NCBI GenBank assembly: GCA_964035545.1
Contig: OZ037769.1
Span: forward strand, 10,694,633 to 10,758,632
Reading direction: 5' to 3'
DNA: 64,000 bases
Source of the DNA: Bugula neritina
Taxonomy: Eukaryota; Animalia; Bryozoa
Within the stretch, counting starts at the first letter, position 1, and the number at the start of each line of letters is the position of its first letter. The position numbers were made by a program, and so were the translations under genes. Of this stretch, positions 35,201 to 47,482 are shown in pieces. A model generated the notes under the pieces. It did not search any database, was not told the origin of the DNA, and saw only the letters and a program-made list of their open reading frames with translations.

Positions 35201-36996
35201 AAATGTAAATCGTGTCTAAACTTGTTCACAGTGGTGTTCACTTGAGACACTAACAAAACAGTAAGAACTGCTTGTCAGTGTCATGCTAAATGCTTTGTCT
35301 TTGTTTTTTTTACTTATTTAAAATTTCCCACCGAAGGTTAAGCACTGGAGTTACCGCAATCAGTGGTTAGGAAAAAGTAACAGTTTATGGATACTTAGTG
35401 TCAAACTGACTAAACTCCTTAACTCCTCACTTCTACCTAATTTTCATCTTCTACCTTTTGTTCTGAAGCTGTTGAAAGTTTATTGCTCACGGCAAATTAG
35501 TATGCCAAGTCTTGACATTAATAATAACCACTATGGAACTAAAAGGAGGCTGAGCAAATATGGTGACTATGCAAGTTAATCACCTGAAGAAAACGTTTGT
35601 GAAAGTGATTTGATTGATGACATATAATAGATTATTTATAATATATTAAAGCATTTGCAAAGAGGTACTTATAATGAAAGACACAATAAAAGTAAGACTG
35701 CTAGCTATTTGAATATGTTTATGCAGCAATAGCAATGATCCCTGAGCTGTTTTGTTATTTTAACTTCAACTTCAACTTGGTTGAGGTAGGTGTAGTAAGA
35801 AAGGAATTGAGAAAAGCCTGTGTTCTAGATAAGTTATCCGTACATGACTAACTTTGATTTCATATTCTATAACCATTATATCATTATAGCAAGAAATAAT
35901 ATTGAATTTATCTGACTGGCAATGAATAATTAGCTATCTGTTGGTCTGTTACAAAGTATTTTCTAAAGATCATATTTCAAGAAAAAAAGGAAATGAAATA
36001 AATGTAATTAATGTATGAAAAATAATATTATATGAACACCAGTTTTGCTTGTGCACTGCATTAATTCCATATGCGTCTAACACATGGGAATACTGAAGTA
36101 TTAATTGCCTGGGAATATGTTTTATGCTATGTTATATAACTTGCTATAGACTTTATGGCCCTACTATTGTATAGCCCAACAATTCCCCAATAACAACATT
36201 GTGCTCTGTTGAATAATAAAAAAACCTTTAAAGATTGATTTTAAACTTAAGAGAATTTTATAAGGCGCCAACAATGATTGAGAAACTAAATGGTGTGTCT
36301 ACTAGTTGGGGCATTGAACAGTAGGGGGCTGTTGTAGAGGGCAGCAGTTTTGTCATTGACAGATTGAGCATTAATAAAAGTTTCCTATATCCACTTCATT
36401 ATTCTACTAATTTCAGTTAAACCCTCAGTCCTTTGAATTCTGCATTTTAGAAGAATAAGTCTACTGCTTGTAGTAGAAGGAGGAAAAGCATCACATATAC
36501 AATTTTTCATGTGACAGGGGAGTCCATACATCCACCCAGCACTCTTATACTGTAAACAGCTAGGAAACATGGCACTTTCTAACTTCTAACATCCTTCATA
36601 TTTAACAAGTTTATGATTAACCAAGAACTTGCAATAGCATTACAGTTTATATGTAAAAGCGTAATCAATCAACATTCCACCCTCATTGGTTGTACTTTTG
36701 TAAATGCTATAACTGTTGGGCAATTGCATATGCTTCAACTGTTTTATGTTACTATTTTGGTTGCGTTTTTGTGTGAGTCAATAAAATTCTATGAAACTTT
36801 ATTGTTATTTTGTAAACTCCAATATGTTTCACCACTCCTTTCAAATATGCAGTTGATGAGATGTTAGTACAATGAATCTTGCATAACCGTGATGTAATAG
36901 AGATAGTTGAGCTCTCACTAACCTCCATGTTGAATGCTCCCGGAAGCCTTTGCAGTCATCACAATGCAAGCAGCGTGAACCTTCGCTCAGCTCCAT
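26219..36996 (-). CDS. PRICKLE: Prickle planar-cell-polarity protein (Cys-rich N-terminus, PET, 3 LIM, C-terminal CaaX), 641 aa, complete
   Basis: Exons 36996-36923, 33823-33652, 28999-28748, 28413-28210, 27442-26219 (1926 nt, phases 2,0,0,0). Motifs: [25 protein letters not shown]; [59 protein letters not shown]; LIMs [37 protein letters not shown]; [14 protein letters not shown]; ends CAVQ-stop. Confidence 0.95.
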
Positions 36997-38183
36997 TCCT
37001 TTAAATACACCTAAAATAATTTCAACAACCATTGGAATGAAAAACTGAAATAAATGTGTATGTTTTAATGTAATGGTGGCAGAATACTATGATGCAATGA
37101 GCTATTGTGTATAGACATAGTATCTAGGTGAATGAGCTTTTACTCTGTACAGAATGCAAGGATGATGTCTTCAATGCATATTTATGATTATGGTATGCTG
37201 CATTACAATATCTGACTTGGTATTACATTGCAGTTCCTACTATTACAGCCTATAAGTTATGATATCATGTTGTTGGGTTTCATTAATCTATTCATCTATA
37301 TTAATACACATCAACTGAATACTAGCATGTCAATATCAATTTCTATTCAAACTTGTGGTCTCGCAATAATAGCATTTATTTTTAAATCTGACTAGCACAT
37401 TACACTAACTTAATTACATTTTATGTAAAGTAATTTTTGGTCTTCAATTAGATTGTAGCAAGTGTCAAGACTCTAATCATTCTTTCAATGGCATTATTCT
37501 TCAAGGAAAACTAAAACATGTATTGTGATTATAGAGTATTGGTCCATTGTTCAACCGCATTTATGCTTATGTTCATAGCTTTGTGCCACTGCTTATACTG
37601 TGTCAACCATTAGCATAAATGCACAAGGCGTGTGAAATGCAATACATATATCTCTATCGGGCCAATATAATAGAAATGGCTTAAAACAAAAGTTTGCTAA
37701 TTTGGAGACATGTTCAATGCATGCATGCAGTTTATTTGTCTAATTAAAAATGTCTGATTTTGTTGATTGGGAAACGGCTGGAGCACAGGGAGTTAAACTG
37801 AGACTACTCTACGTCATGTCTACAACTGCCATAGCTGGATATTTTGATGCATTAATTCTTTACACAAAAATACCAAGTAGAGTATGGCAGGTGTGATGGG
37901 ATGGGCTTAGTCAGAAATGAGACAATAGGTTGATATGGTGTTATTGCATAAGCTTGACTAAATTTAACAAAACGTAATTGTGGCTTAATGCCAATTTGAT
38001 AAAGTAATAATAATATTAAACTAAAATATCACAACCGATACTGATACTCACACAGCACACTGTGCACAATAGTACCAACACTTTAACAGCATTAAATAGA
38101 GCTTGATGAGAAATGCTGGCTATTTCAATTCCTGAACATTTGATTTTAATGAATGTGTGGCTGAAGCAACTGTAATTTAAATG

Positions 38184-38355
38184 ACTTACCCTTGAATTAT
38201 CCGTCTGCAAAGGCTGTCCACTTCTGCAATATTCAACGTGAATCTATTTGCATTTAAACCCCTATACAACTTGTGTGTTAGCTAGCTGCTAGACTAATGC
38301 TTTTACTGTGCGCTATGAGTAAGGTTACGGCTTCTCAGCTCCTTTGTGATTGGTC
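38184..38355 (-). promoter_or_regulatory. Candidate prickle first (non-coding) exon and proximal promoter
   Basis: AGG|GTAAGT donor on the minus strand (exon end 38190), with an in-frame TAA just upstream, so it would be UTR. CCAATC box at 38348-38353. The coding exon starts after a tttag acceptor at 37010. Confidence 0.4.
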
Positions 38356-40290
38356 CATGGTAACACTATAATGTTTTCACTGTCAAGAACTACTATTGTA
38401 AAGACAGACGCACAAAGTAAATGAGACATTCATTGCTTCAGGTCAAAAAGTACATATTTGAACGCGAAAAATTTGTAGCGTATGAATAATCGTCTGGAAT
38501 AAAATATTTGCTATAGGAATTTACCTGCAATAACGTCAGCATGTTTCTATGGTTCGTAATACCTGCTAGAAACAGAGTAATGATTTGGTAGAGGATAGTT
38601 CCTGCTACAAATATTTTATATTCCATAGTTCATAGTACAGTATAATTCTATAGTCCATACTACCTTCTATAACTACAATATAATGTCATTGGTTATAGAG
38701 TATATACTATAAATACAGTATACACTTAGAAGTTTTATACACTCAGGGATGTCAGATGATAGATATACTTGAAGAACCCCTGACACATTACATTTATACA
38801 GTATTAAATAATTCATATATATCTTGGCTATATGCTCAATACAACTTCAGAGTGGTGTGGCCAAGTATTTTGTGCATACAAGTCTTGAATTAATTTAGAG
38901 TGATTTTAGAACTGACACTAACTATTGATAAATTTCACAAGTTTTAATATTTATATCAGGGTATTTTCATTTGGTTTCTTATTTAGCAGCATTTATAGCC
39001 TGTGCTTTAACTATTTAAGCCAGATTAGTTATTAAACTGCCATGAGCAGTAAAAACAGTATGCAATGAAACTCAACGATAATTAGCATCAGTTCTATAGT
39101 GCCTTAGACACGGAGGCGGACAAAAATGTCATCAGCAAGTAAGCCATCATGCTGAATTGTTTCAAGACATGTATGCGAAAAATGTGTTATGAAAGCAAAA
39201 TACTTGGGCATACCACCCTGAAGTCGTATTTAGCCGAGACACACGTATATACTCTATATTGCATAACTGTTATGTGTCAGAGATTCTTTAAGCTAGCCCA
39301 AGCAAAACCTACCCTATGTTCTGACTCCAATTTCATTGCTGTCAACTTTTGTGTTGGGAAATAGAAAGCTGAGATGCAACTTACGGAAAACCTGTTCAGT
39401 TATTAAACGTTTTGAAAACTGGTGCTGCAGCGCATACAATTACCAACTGCAGAAAATGATGCCGTGTTTGGAGCCGTGTTGTTTGCTGCCCTGACTGCAA
39501 TTCTTGCTGCATATATTATAAACAAACCTGTACAGTAACGGCTGTACTTCTACAGTGAGCTTCTTCTTTGCCCAACAAGTAAATAAATAATTTGTTTTTA
39601 ATGAGTTGTGGTAAGATAACTTCTATTACATCTAATTGCTGTTAAACTTATCAACTTTGTAACTAATATGAAGTATATACAATAAACTAAGGAACTTCAT
39701 CTGCCTGTAACCTTCTAAGATGTAATCTGGTTCTTAACTTACAAACAAGCAAGTCACCAGGGGCCCCCAAAGGAGAATCATAATTCTATGATTGCTCGAG
39801 CTGGTGGGGGGGGGAAGCAGAAAAGATGTCGTTTTCAGTGTTATGATTTTTAGTTTAGAAGCGAAGAAAGTGTAGCTGTCATTTTTAGATATCTGGTCAA
39901 ATTGAAAGTAATTATTGTTCATCAGCTATTCTTTGAAATGGTTTTACTAAACTAAAACAAAAAAGATGCATGGGTTGTTTTTGCATAAAACAAAAAAACA
40001 TTATATATAAAGAATTTTTAAGAAATATGCTATTTATGCCCTTAACTATGTTATATGATACCTAGTAAACCCATTATAAAAATAATTTGTAGGTGGAAAG
40101 CTTGTATAGTAGAAACCGTCAATGACATCACCAATAGTATGCTGTGTATAACGCAACCGATAGCATTACTTGGGTGCAATTGAAACTATATTTTCACTCC
40201 CATTGCATATGTTCATATAGCCATACATACAATACATAAGATTCATCAAACTGTTTTTCAAACTGTTTATTAACCTGTTTTACTGCTCAT

Positions 40291-40487
40291 GTCTGTATAG
40301 TTGCTTAAAGTACACAATCTTGTTACCTACTGTATATCACACAGGCTACCATTTCACCCACATGCAAAAGTGGCATGCGTGTGCGCCTCTGCTCTCTGTA
40401 CCGCCACTGATCAATAGCAGTAGAAATGGTAGCCTGTGTAATATGCAGTAGGCAACAGGATTGTGTACTTTAAACAACTTTACAGGC
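40291..40487. repeat. Long inverted repeat (foldback/MITE-like): 65-bp arms, 67-bp spacer
   Basis: 40291-40355 matches the reverse complement of 40423-40487 at 58 of 65 positions with no gaps. Confidence 0.9.
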
Positions 40488-41184
40488 CACAGTCTTTCTT
40501 GATATAATATGTTATTCTATGTTATGATGGCTCAATGTGGTAGTTGCTGCCTTGCATATATACTCAGCTTTCTCAAAATGCACACTTATATATGTTTGAG
40601 AAAGCTAACAGAAATATTCTTATAGGGTATATGAGAGTTGAAGGTTTTTGTACAATCACGATATGCCATCCATTAGTACTCTTTGCCCACAATATAATAG
40701 ACTATTATTAGAAATGTGACCTAACAACACACTGCAGCCACTTGTCCAACACTGGCAACAAATGCATTCTTAAGTGTAATTCAAGTAGAACAAAAGCCAG
40801 AGGTGGGGAGCAAATTAATATAAATACTGAATAATAATGCACCAGTTATGCTAATTCAATTAGATATTACCCCAAATAATGATAGAATACAAGACTGCTG
40901 GTTATAATATGGTTTTCTGATACATGATCTTAATATACTTGTACTGTATCTATGTAATACCATTATCTCATTGACAAAGCAACTAGTAGTATGGTAATTA
41001 TCATTCATTACCTTTCTCTTTCGAGTAACAACATTCTTTTTAGAAGCACCAGCTATTGTAATAAATTTATCTATAGCCCAGTTCACTAGGTGCAGTTTGT
41101 AGCGCTGCACTAGTTGATGTAGAATTCTAAAGACATGTCTGTATATTTCTTTTCATTTCATGGTATGTGGTACAATATAATATA

Positions 41185-41316
41185 ATATGTCATGATATAA
41201 TAGGACATGATATGATGTAATATGATACAATATAATATGATACAATATAATATGATATAATATATAATATGATATAATATATAATATGATATAATATATA
41301 ATATGATACAGTATAA
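41185..41316. repeat. (ATATA/ATATG/ATACA)n pentamer microsatellite
   Basis: 5- and 15-bp periodicity. Confidence 0.85.
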
Positions 41317-41844
41317 TTCTACTCTTTAAACCAGAACTAGTGTCATTCAGCCAGCTGTATTAAATTCTCAAAAAGGATATTCCCCTAAATTTAAACTTTT
41401 CAGACATAAAATAACAATCAAATTCATAATTTATATTTTCTATATTTCCTCATTTCTAAAAGTATCAATGATATACAAGTATTTTCTATCAGTAGCACAA
41501 AGTAATAGCATTTCAAGTGTGGTGGGCTGACATCTGGGGAAGATATGCACCTGCATGTAGGTTGGCCAGGGTTAAAGTACGTGCTCCAGTGACAATTGAC
41601 ACGGTCAATGCTGTATCTTCTCTTTCTCGAGAGACTATTGTTTTACTGACTATTAAATCACCACTGATCTTACAAGATAAGTGTATTATGCCATCTCCAG
41701 TAACCTTCTATCAAGTGCTTTTGTTACCAGCCTTATCCATCTATGTTCTAGAATTTAGACAGACATGACGTATAATATTATATAATGCTCTATAGGCTTT
41801 TGGTGTATAATACATTAGTCATATTATACACTCAATATGTGTAC

Positions 41845-41847
<3 letters not shown>

Positions 41848-41895
<48 letters not shown>

Positions 41896-41944
41896 GCACG
41901 CACACACGCACACACGCACACACGCACGCACGCACACACGCACA
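41848..41944. repeat. (CA)n/(CACG)n microsatellite
   Basis: Direct observation. Confidence 0.95.
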
Positions 41945-41957
41945 ATGTTCAGTGAGT

Positions 41958-42018
41958 TAAATCTGGTCTTTAGACTATGTCACAAATTGAGATTTAGTGA
42001 GATACTGAGGGAGCACTG
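41958..42018 (-). mobile_element. Truncated inverted copy of the 51778-51990 MITE
   Basis: Reverse complement reads TA-CAGTGCTCCCTCAGTATCTCACTAAA-TCTCAATTTGTGAC, matching the left end of the 51.8 kb element apart from an internal deletion. Confidence 0.7.
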
Positions 42019-42588
42019 TATATAAGACTGACTGAAGCTACACCTAGAATGCTAAGCCTTATGTCTATCAGCTAGCAAATCAAAGTGCAATTAATTACTT
42101 GCTCATACTACAGCAATTAATTAGAATATCTTTGAAGAACATTTGTAAAAAAATATGTTTGCTTACATAACTGACTTATCCAATATGAGCAGGTGGGTTC
42201 TGTTTAATAATGAGGTTACTATTGCATCTTCTGATTAATAAGCATATACGCATATACATGTACAATATACTGTATATACATGCACTTATACATCATATTA
42301 TATGCATAAATTAATACACGTGTTATACACAGACCATATAAATATACATACATACATTTTATAATCAGCATAGGTATTATAGGTTTCAAATAAGTTGCAA
42401 TGCTAATTACAACTATACAGCCCTTTGCTTTTAATGAACCTATATTCATGTATGTAATAGTTTATACTTTATTAGTTATAAAATGTATATAATATGAGAG
42501 GTTTTAGAAAAAAACAATTTTTTTCAACTAGAGGTTTTTAATTACACATGCAGTTGTCAATGAAGCTAAGCAGAAACTAGCATACACA

Positions 42589-42728
42589 TATTATGGGTGA
42601 ACCTTCTATATTTTGACACGAATTGGTGAGCCTTCTATATGTTGACAGATATTATAGGTGAACCTTCCATATGTTGACAGATATTATGGGTGAACCTTCT
42701 ATATGTTGACAGATATTATAGGTGAACC
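42589..42728. repeat. 32-bp tandem repeat, about 4.5 copies
   Basis: GGTGAACCTTCTATATGTTGACAGATATTATR, with starts at 42657, 42689 and 42721 and two diverged copies upstream. Confidence 0.88.
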
Positions 42729-44058
42729 TGCAGGTCTTTTACACACAGACACAGATATTGATTCTAATGAAGAATAAAAGCAAAATGTTATATTTGAAAG
42801 TTGCTAATTCCTACATCAGGTAACAATATAAACTGTTCATAACTCTATAACTGCAAATGACAAAACCTGTATGACATCTAAGCAGAGCCAATTCATAGTA
42901 CACTCAAATATATATTGTATATACTTAACCAGCCTAAGCATGCAGAGCAAGCAGAAGTCATAGTAACAGTTAGTCAAGCAGGATTTTTGAAGAAACCCGG
43001 TTTAGCTTGAGATCTTCTCTCAGCATGGGAGGGGACACCAGAGCACCTTGCTGTAGATTAGTCATCATTGAACAGTTGTCGTCATGCAATAAAAACTAAG
43101 CTCTCTGAGTTGAAACATGTTATAAATGTTTTATACACAATTGTATACCTGAGCTAGTGCCAAGGTTTAATAATATTGACAAAAGAATAGAGTTGCCTTC
43201 CCTTGCTTAGTTTACAATTATTGGCATTTGCCAACTATTCTACTGTATTTACATATTATTTAGTAATGACAAACTTGCTCCTGAAAACCTAGACGCATAT
43301 AATATATATCCTTGTCAGTATTTCCACAGCTTCTGATGACACTATAGACCAACAACTACAACCAAAGAGGACTAGGTAAAAACATTTCTTTTTTAACTCT
43401 GCTACCTATTTGACTGGAACCACATAGATTCATAGACTATTAGATAATTTGAGCCTCATATTTGTTAAGATTAGCTACAATTCGGAAAAAAGAGGGGTGT
43501 TAAAAAGCTACCCGCAAATCCAGCTCCACAGAGTAGGGGGCAGCAGCACACATATGTAGTCTCTGCAGCTAACACCACTGGCCTCTGCAGTCATACAAGG
43601 AAATGCAGCAGCTAAACATAACTCTACCTGGTGCAGCCATTATAGCTTGAAGAGAAGAAAGCTGACGACAGTCCAAAACAGATTATCTATGTACTTGTAA
43701 AACTACAACTGCTACGCTGAATTAGTAAAGATACTGCACTCTACCCTAAACTTACATTGTTCAGGCTAAACTACTTTTGAGCGAATTGTTTCAAAAGCAT
43801 GATTGAGCAACTTTACTGAGATAAAATTGTAAACTAGAGTAGCTTTCTTTATTTTTAAATAGATCGAAATAAAATGATGTAAATGTTCAATGGCTAGCAA
43901 TGTCTGATCATGAACAAGAATTGCAATAGAAATGTTTACAAGTTGCAAACTGCACTCGTTATTAAACCAAGGTTAGAGTGCAATAGCCCTAGGAGTTGGG
44001 GCATCAATTTACAATATGGGAATGTCCAGTACTATATAAACAATATAAACTTTATTAG

Positions 44059-44172
44059 TCTAGTGCAGTGGTTAAGGCACATGCTTAGAATGTGCTAGGC
44101 CATGGAGTCTGAATCGTAGCAGGCCAGGCGGGTCATTATTCCTTGGTGATGTCAGGAAGAATATTTGGCATG
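44059..44172 (+). mobile_element. Degenerate tRNA-derived SINE-like element, copy 2
   Basis: TAGTGCAGTGGTTAAGGCA A-box-like head, decayed B-box region, then a TTGGTGATGTCAGGAAG core shared with 22501-22595. Confidence 0.5.
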
Positions 44173-44664
44173 ATCGCTCTTGTCTTTACCGTAATAGTGA
44201 GAGATACAGTACGCTTATATGCTAGGTACTACCTGAAAACTCTCTGACCATCAGTGTTCTTACTAGACAAATATACACAACAGTTATTTAATTTACTGGA
44301 AGATATAAAACCATCAAATATGGAGGAGCATGGGGCAGAGATAACTTTTTACCACACCTTGTAAATACAAGTACTTTGTTCATGCCTATTTATTATAGCC
44401 AGTATTAACACTAAATTTCACGCCATGTTTTCATGTCTGTGATATGTAATAAATAAATCAATCAATTAAGAAGAAGCAAGGAGATGCAAATGGCAACATT
44501 ATTTTTGACGATCACCACGCTTATAACAAAACCATGGGCAACTTTTGCTTACTATAACAGTTTATGTTGTATAAAAAAAATACATCACACTTTGTGAATA
44601 TATAAATTAGGCTATTCTAATATGAACCCTCAATGACCAATTTACTAATTACAAAACTATGCAT

Positions 44665-44826
44665 GACAGTGTCACACTGTCGCAGAGTCATAGAGTTACA
44701 GTGTCACACTGTCACAGAGTCATAGAGTTACAGTGTCACACTGTCACAGAGTCATAGAGTTACAGTGTCACACTGTCACTGAGTCACAGTGTCACACTGT
44801 CACAGAGTCATAGAGTGACAGTGTCA
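44665..44826. repeat. 32-bp tandem repeat with palindromic core ACAGTGT-C-ACACTGT, about 5 copies
   Basis: ACAGTGTC at 44666, 44698, 44730, 44762, 44786 and 44818. Confidence 0.9.
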
Positions 44827-47384
44827 GGGAGAATAGAGAACTCTTTTGATCTGTTGGCAGAAGCAGGTTATGCAGGAGGGTCAATAGTGTTCTATAATAG
44901 GTTACAACCATCCATTGTCTAACAAGTATTCTATTGAAAATTTATAAATAATTAATTGATAATATTGCACAAATATATGGATTAGATCTTGTGACTGAAG
45001 TTGTCTTCTTAATCTATTTGGCAGCTAGATTTGTCTATTCCAAAACTGAGAAAAACATGCAACTATTTTCTTGCTTCACAATAATAAATACAAATTATTA
45101 AAATAAAATAATTTAATGATAAGCGCAGTAAGGAGCAATTTATCTTGTGGCTGGAGTTGTCTTCCTAATATATCTGATAGCTAGCTCTACAAACATATAT
45201 TCTGTCCTCATAACATTAATTTCAGTTTGAAAACAAAATGTATAATCACCATAATGGTTAAAGCTTGTCTTACTCTAATAACAACTTGAAGTATAGCCTG
45301 TGTTCTACACTAAGGACAGTATGATGTCACAAGCTGTAAGGTGTATATAATATGGCAGTATAGATAGATAACATGCTGTCTGTCTGATGACATGTTAGGA
45401 TACAAGCCTATAATGCTTACGAGATAATAATCATATGCCAGTAATTCCCAACTAATTACGTATCATATCAGTGTATACACTGCAGAAGTCCCTGATTTTG
45501 ACTTAATATGTCTGTGGACATCTTTGAAGTAAACTAACTTTCAATTAGTCTTGAATGACAAGCTATAGGTTCTAGGGGTAACCTACCACAAGCACATATA
45601 CTGTGAATTCTATTTCATTATTTTCAGTAGAATGAACATGTATATTTCACTTTAGATTTATTAGCTATATGTCAAAGTATTTCATTATATGTCCAACTCA
45701 ACCAACCCAAATATCTCAAACTAAAACATCATCTCAATCTGTACAATATATTTTAAAAGCTCACTAAAATGTAAGTTTATAACCATAGAATTATATAAAT
45801 GCAAACAGTTAGCAATTACAACAAAGAATAAGTTATAGTCAGATACTTAGACAGCATTTTTTACATATAGATAGTAATTTTCTAGACTCTCATTTCTAGA
45901 CGCTATTTTTATGTAGCATTGCATTAGTCACCTTACTGTAAAAACAAAAAACATATAATATATAAGTTCAATCATATTTCACCAAAATATCTAGCTTCTT
46001 TATTGATAGTTTTCTAAATTTTATTAATAAAACTGGCTTTCAGCTGCAATTTAACTAGGAAAGTAATTATTTGATTGTGGTTTGACATTTTCTTTTAAGA
46101 CAGTTTCTATCTATAATAATCACCACACAAGTAGTTGAAACATGCAAAATGCAAACTATGTTATGTGAAGATGAAGCTAAGACCACCTATATAATGATAA
46201 TGCTTTCTGTTTGTAGCTATAGCTAACGTTTATGTCAAAATGTGGTAGATAGATACTTTATAGCACTGCTTTTGACAGATTTTGAAAGAAAGTGAGCAGT
46301 AATTCTTTTATGCTATGATACGTAATTTTGAACTGTAATAAAACTTGTCACACTCATTACCTTATTCTCCAGATGCATTTTATTTACTGAGTGATTGGAG
46401 AATTCGCCATCTCAATTGTTTATATATGTTTGGTTATTTGGTAACCAAAATTTAAAAGCAACATGAATATTAGTAATTGCCAGTGATCTATACGCTCTTA
46501 CAAGATGCTGTAGTTTAACAGCTATTGGATTGCACATGGAAGTATCTCATGTATAGTGTTGAGCAGGCATGCTTGATGTAGTATTGTATATATTAATTGT
46601 GACAGTTCTGTAAAGCATTGTCTTAAGCACAGTCTTGTACTTGTGTGACCTCTCATTGTCCACCACTCTTGTATCAATATTCTATTAACTGAAACTGACT
46701 CTAACCAGGCATCATTTTTCATCTTACTTTTCGTTTTCGTTGATTCAAATTTCTCTTACAAAATGTTCTTCATTCTTTCGATTACCAGGTATCTCTGCAC
46801 TTTCACATCTCCATAACCTGAATGTCTTTAAATTCTTGTATCAGTTTTCATGCTCTCATATAATTATACATTATTAAATATACAATAATAGGTAATAATA
46901 TGCAATTTAGATAGAAATCTAGTGATTATTGAAATCTAATAGTTGAGCACATCAAGTCACTTCGCGTGTAGCACAGGTTGGCATCTGAAATATGCTTCCA
47001 ATTGAGAACTTTTCCTCTTATTCCTCATAAATTGGTGACTTCAGTGATGTCAGACTCTCCTGGTATTTCATAATATAATGCAAAATATTAATGTTATGTT
47101 GGCCGGTATTTGATAATATAATATTGAATATCAATATGACGTTGGCTAGCATTCACAAAATATAATACTAGTGAATATTTCAACCCTTGTTATTTTTGCT
47201 TCCATCACATTTCATTTCTGTTGTCTACAGTTTTGTTATTACAATTACTCATACATAAAGTTCATCTTTATATGTTTTGCTAATAAACTATTCTAAAAGT
47301 AAAAATAATTTTACTGGCAATTGCTATAAAAATAATTGTAAGTTGAAATATGCATTCAATTGTTCAAAAGAAGTCAACATACAT

Positions 47385-47482
47385 ATTAGTTAGCTATAGT
47401 CGGTTAGTCAATTATTTAGTGAGTTAGTTAGTTAGTTAGTTAGTTGAGGTGTTGGTTGATTGGTTAGTCTATAGTTAGTTAA
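47385..47482. repeat. Degenerate (TTAG)n tract
   Basis: Direct observation. Confidence 0.7.

Noticed and set aside
44059-44135. Functional tRNA gene
   Set aside because: The B-box/T-arm (GTTCRA) and acceptor stem are not intact; it is better explained as a SINE head.
46522-46860. Purine-rich minus-strand stretch resembling decayed coding sequence
   Set aside because: Interrupted by stops and has no recognisable motif; it cannot be called without a translated search.
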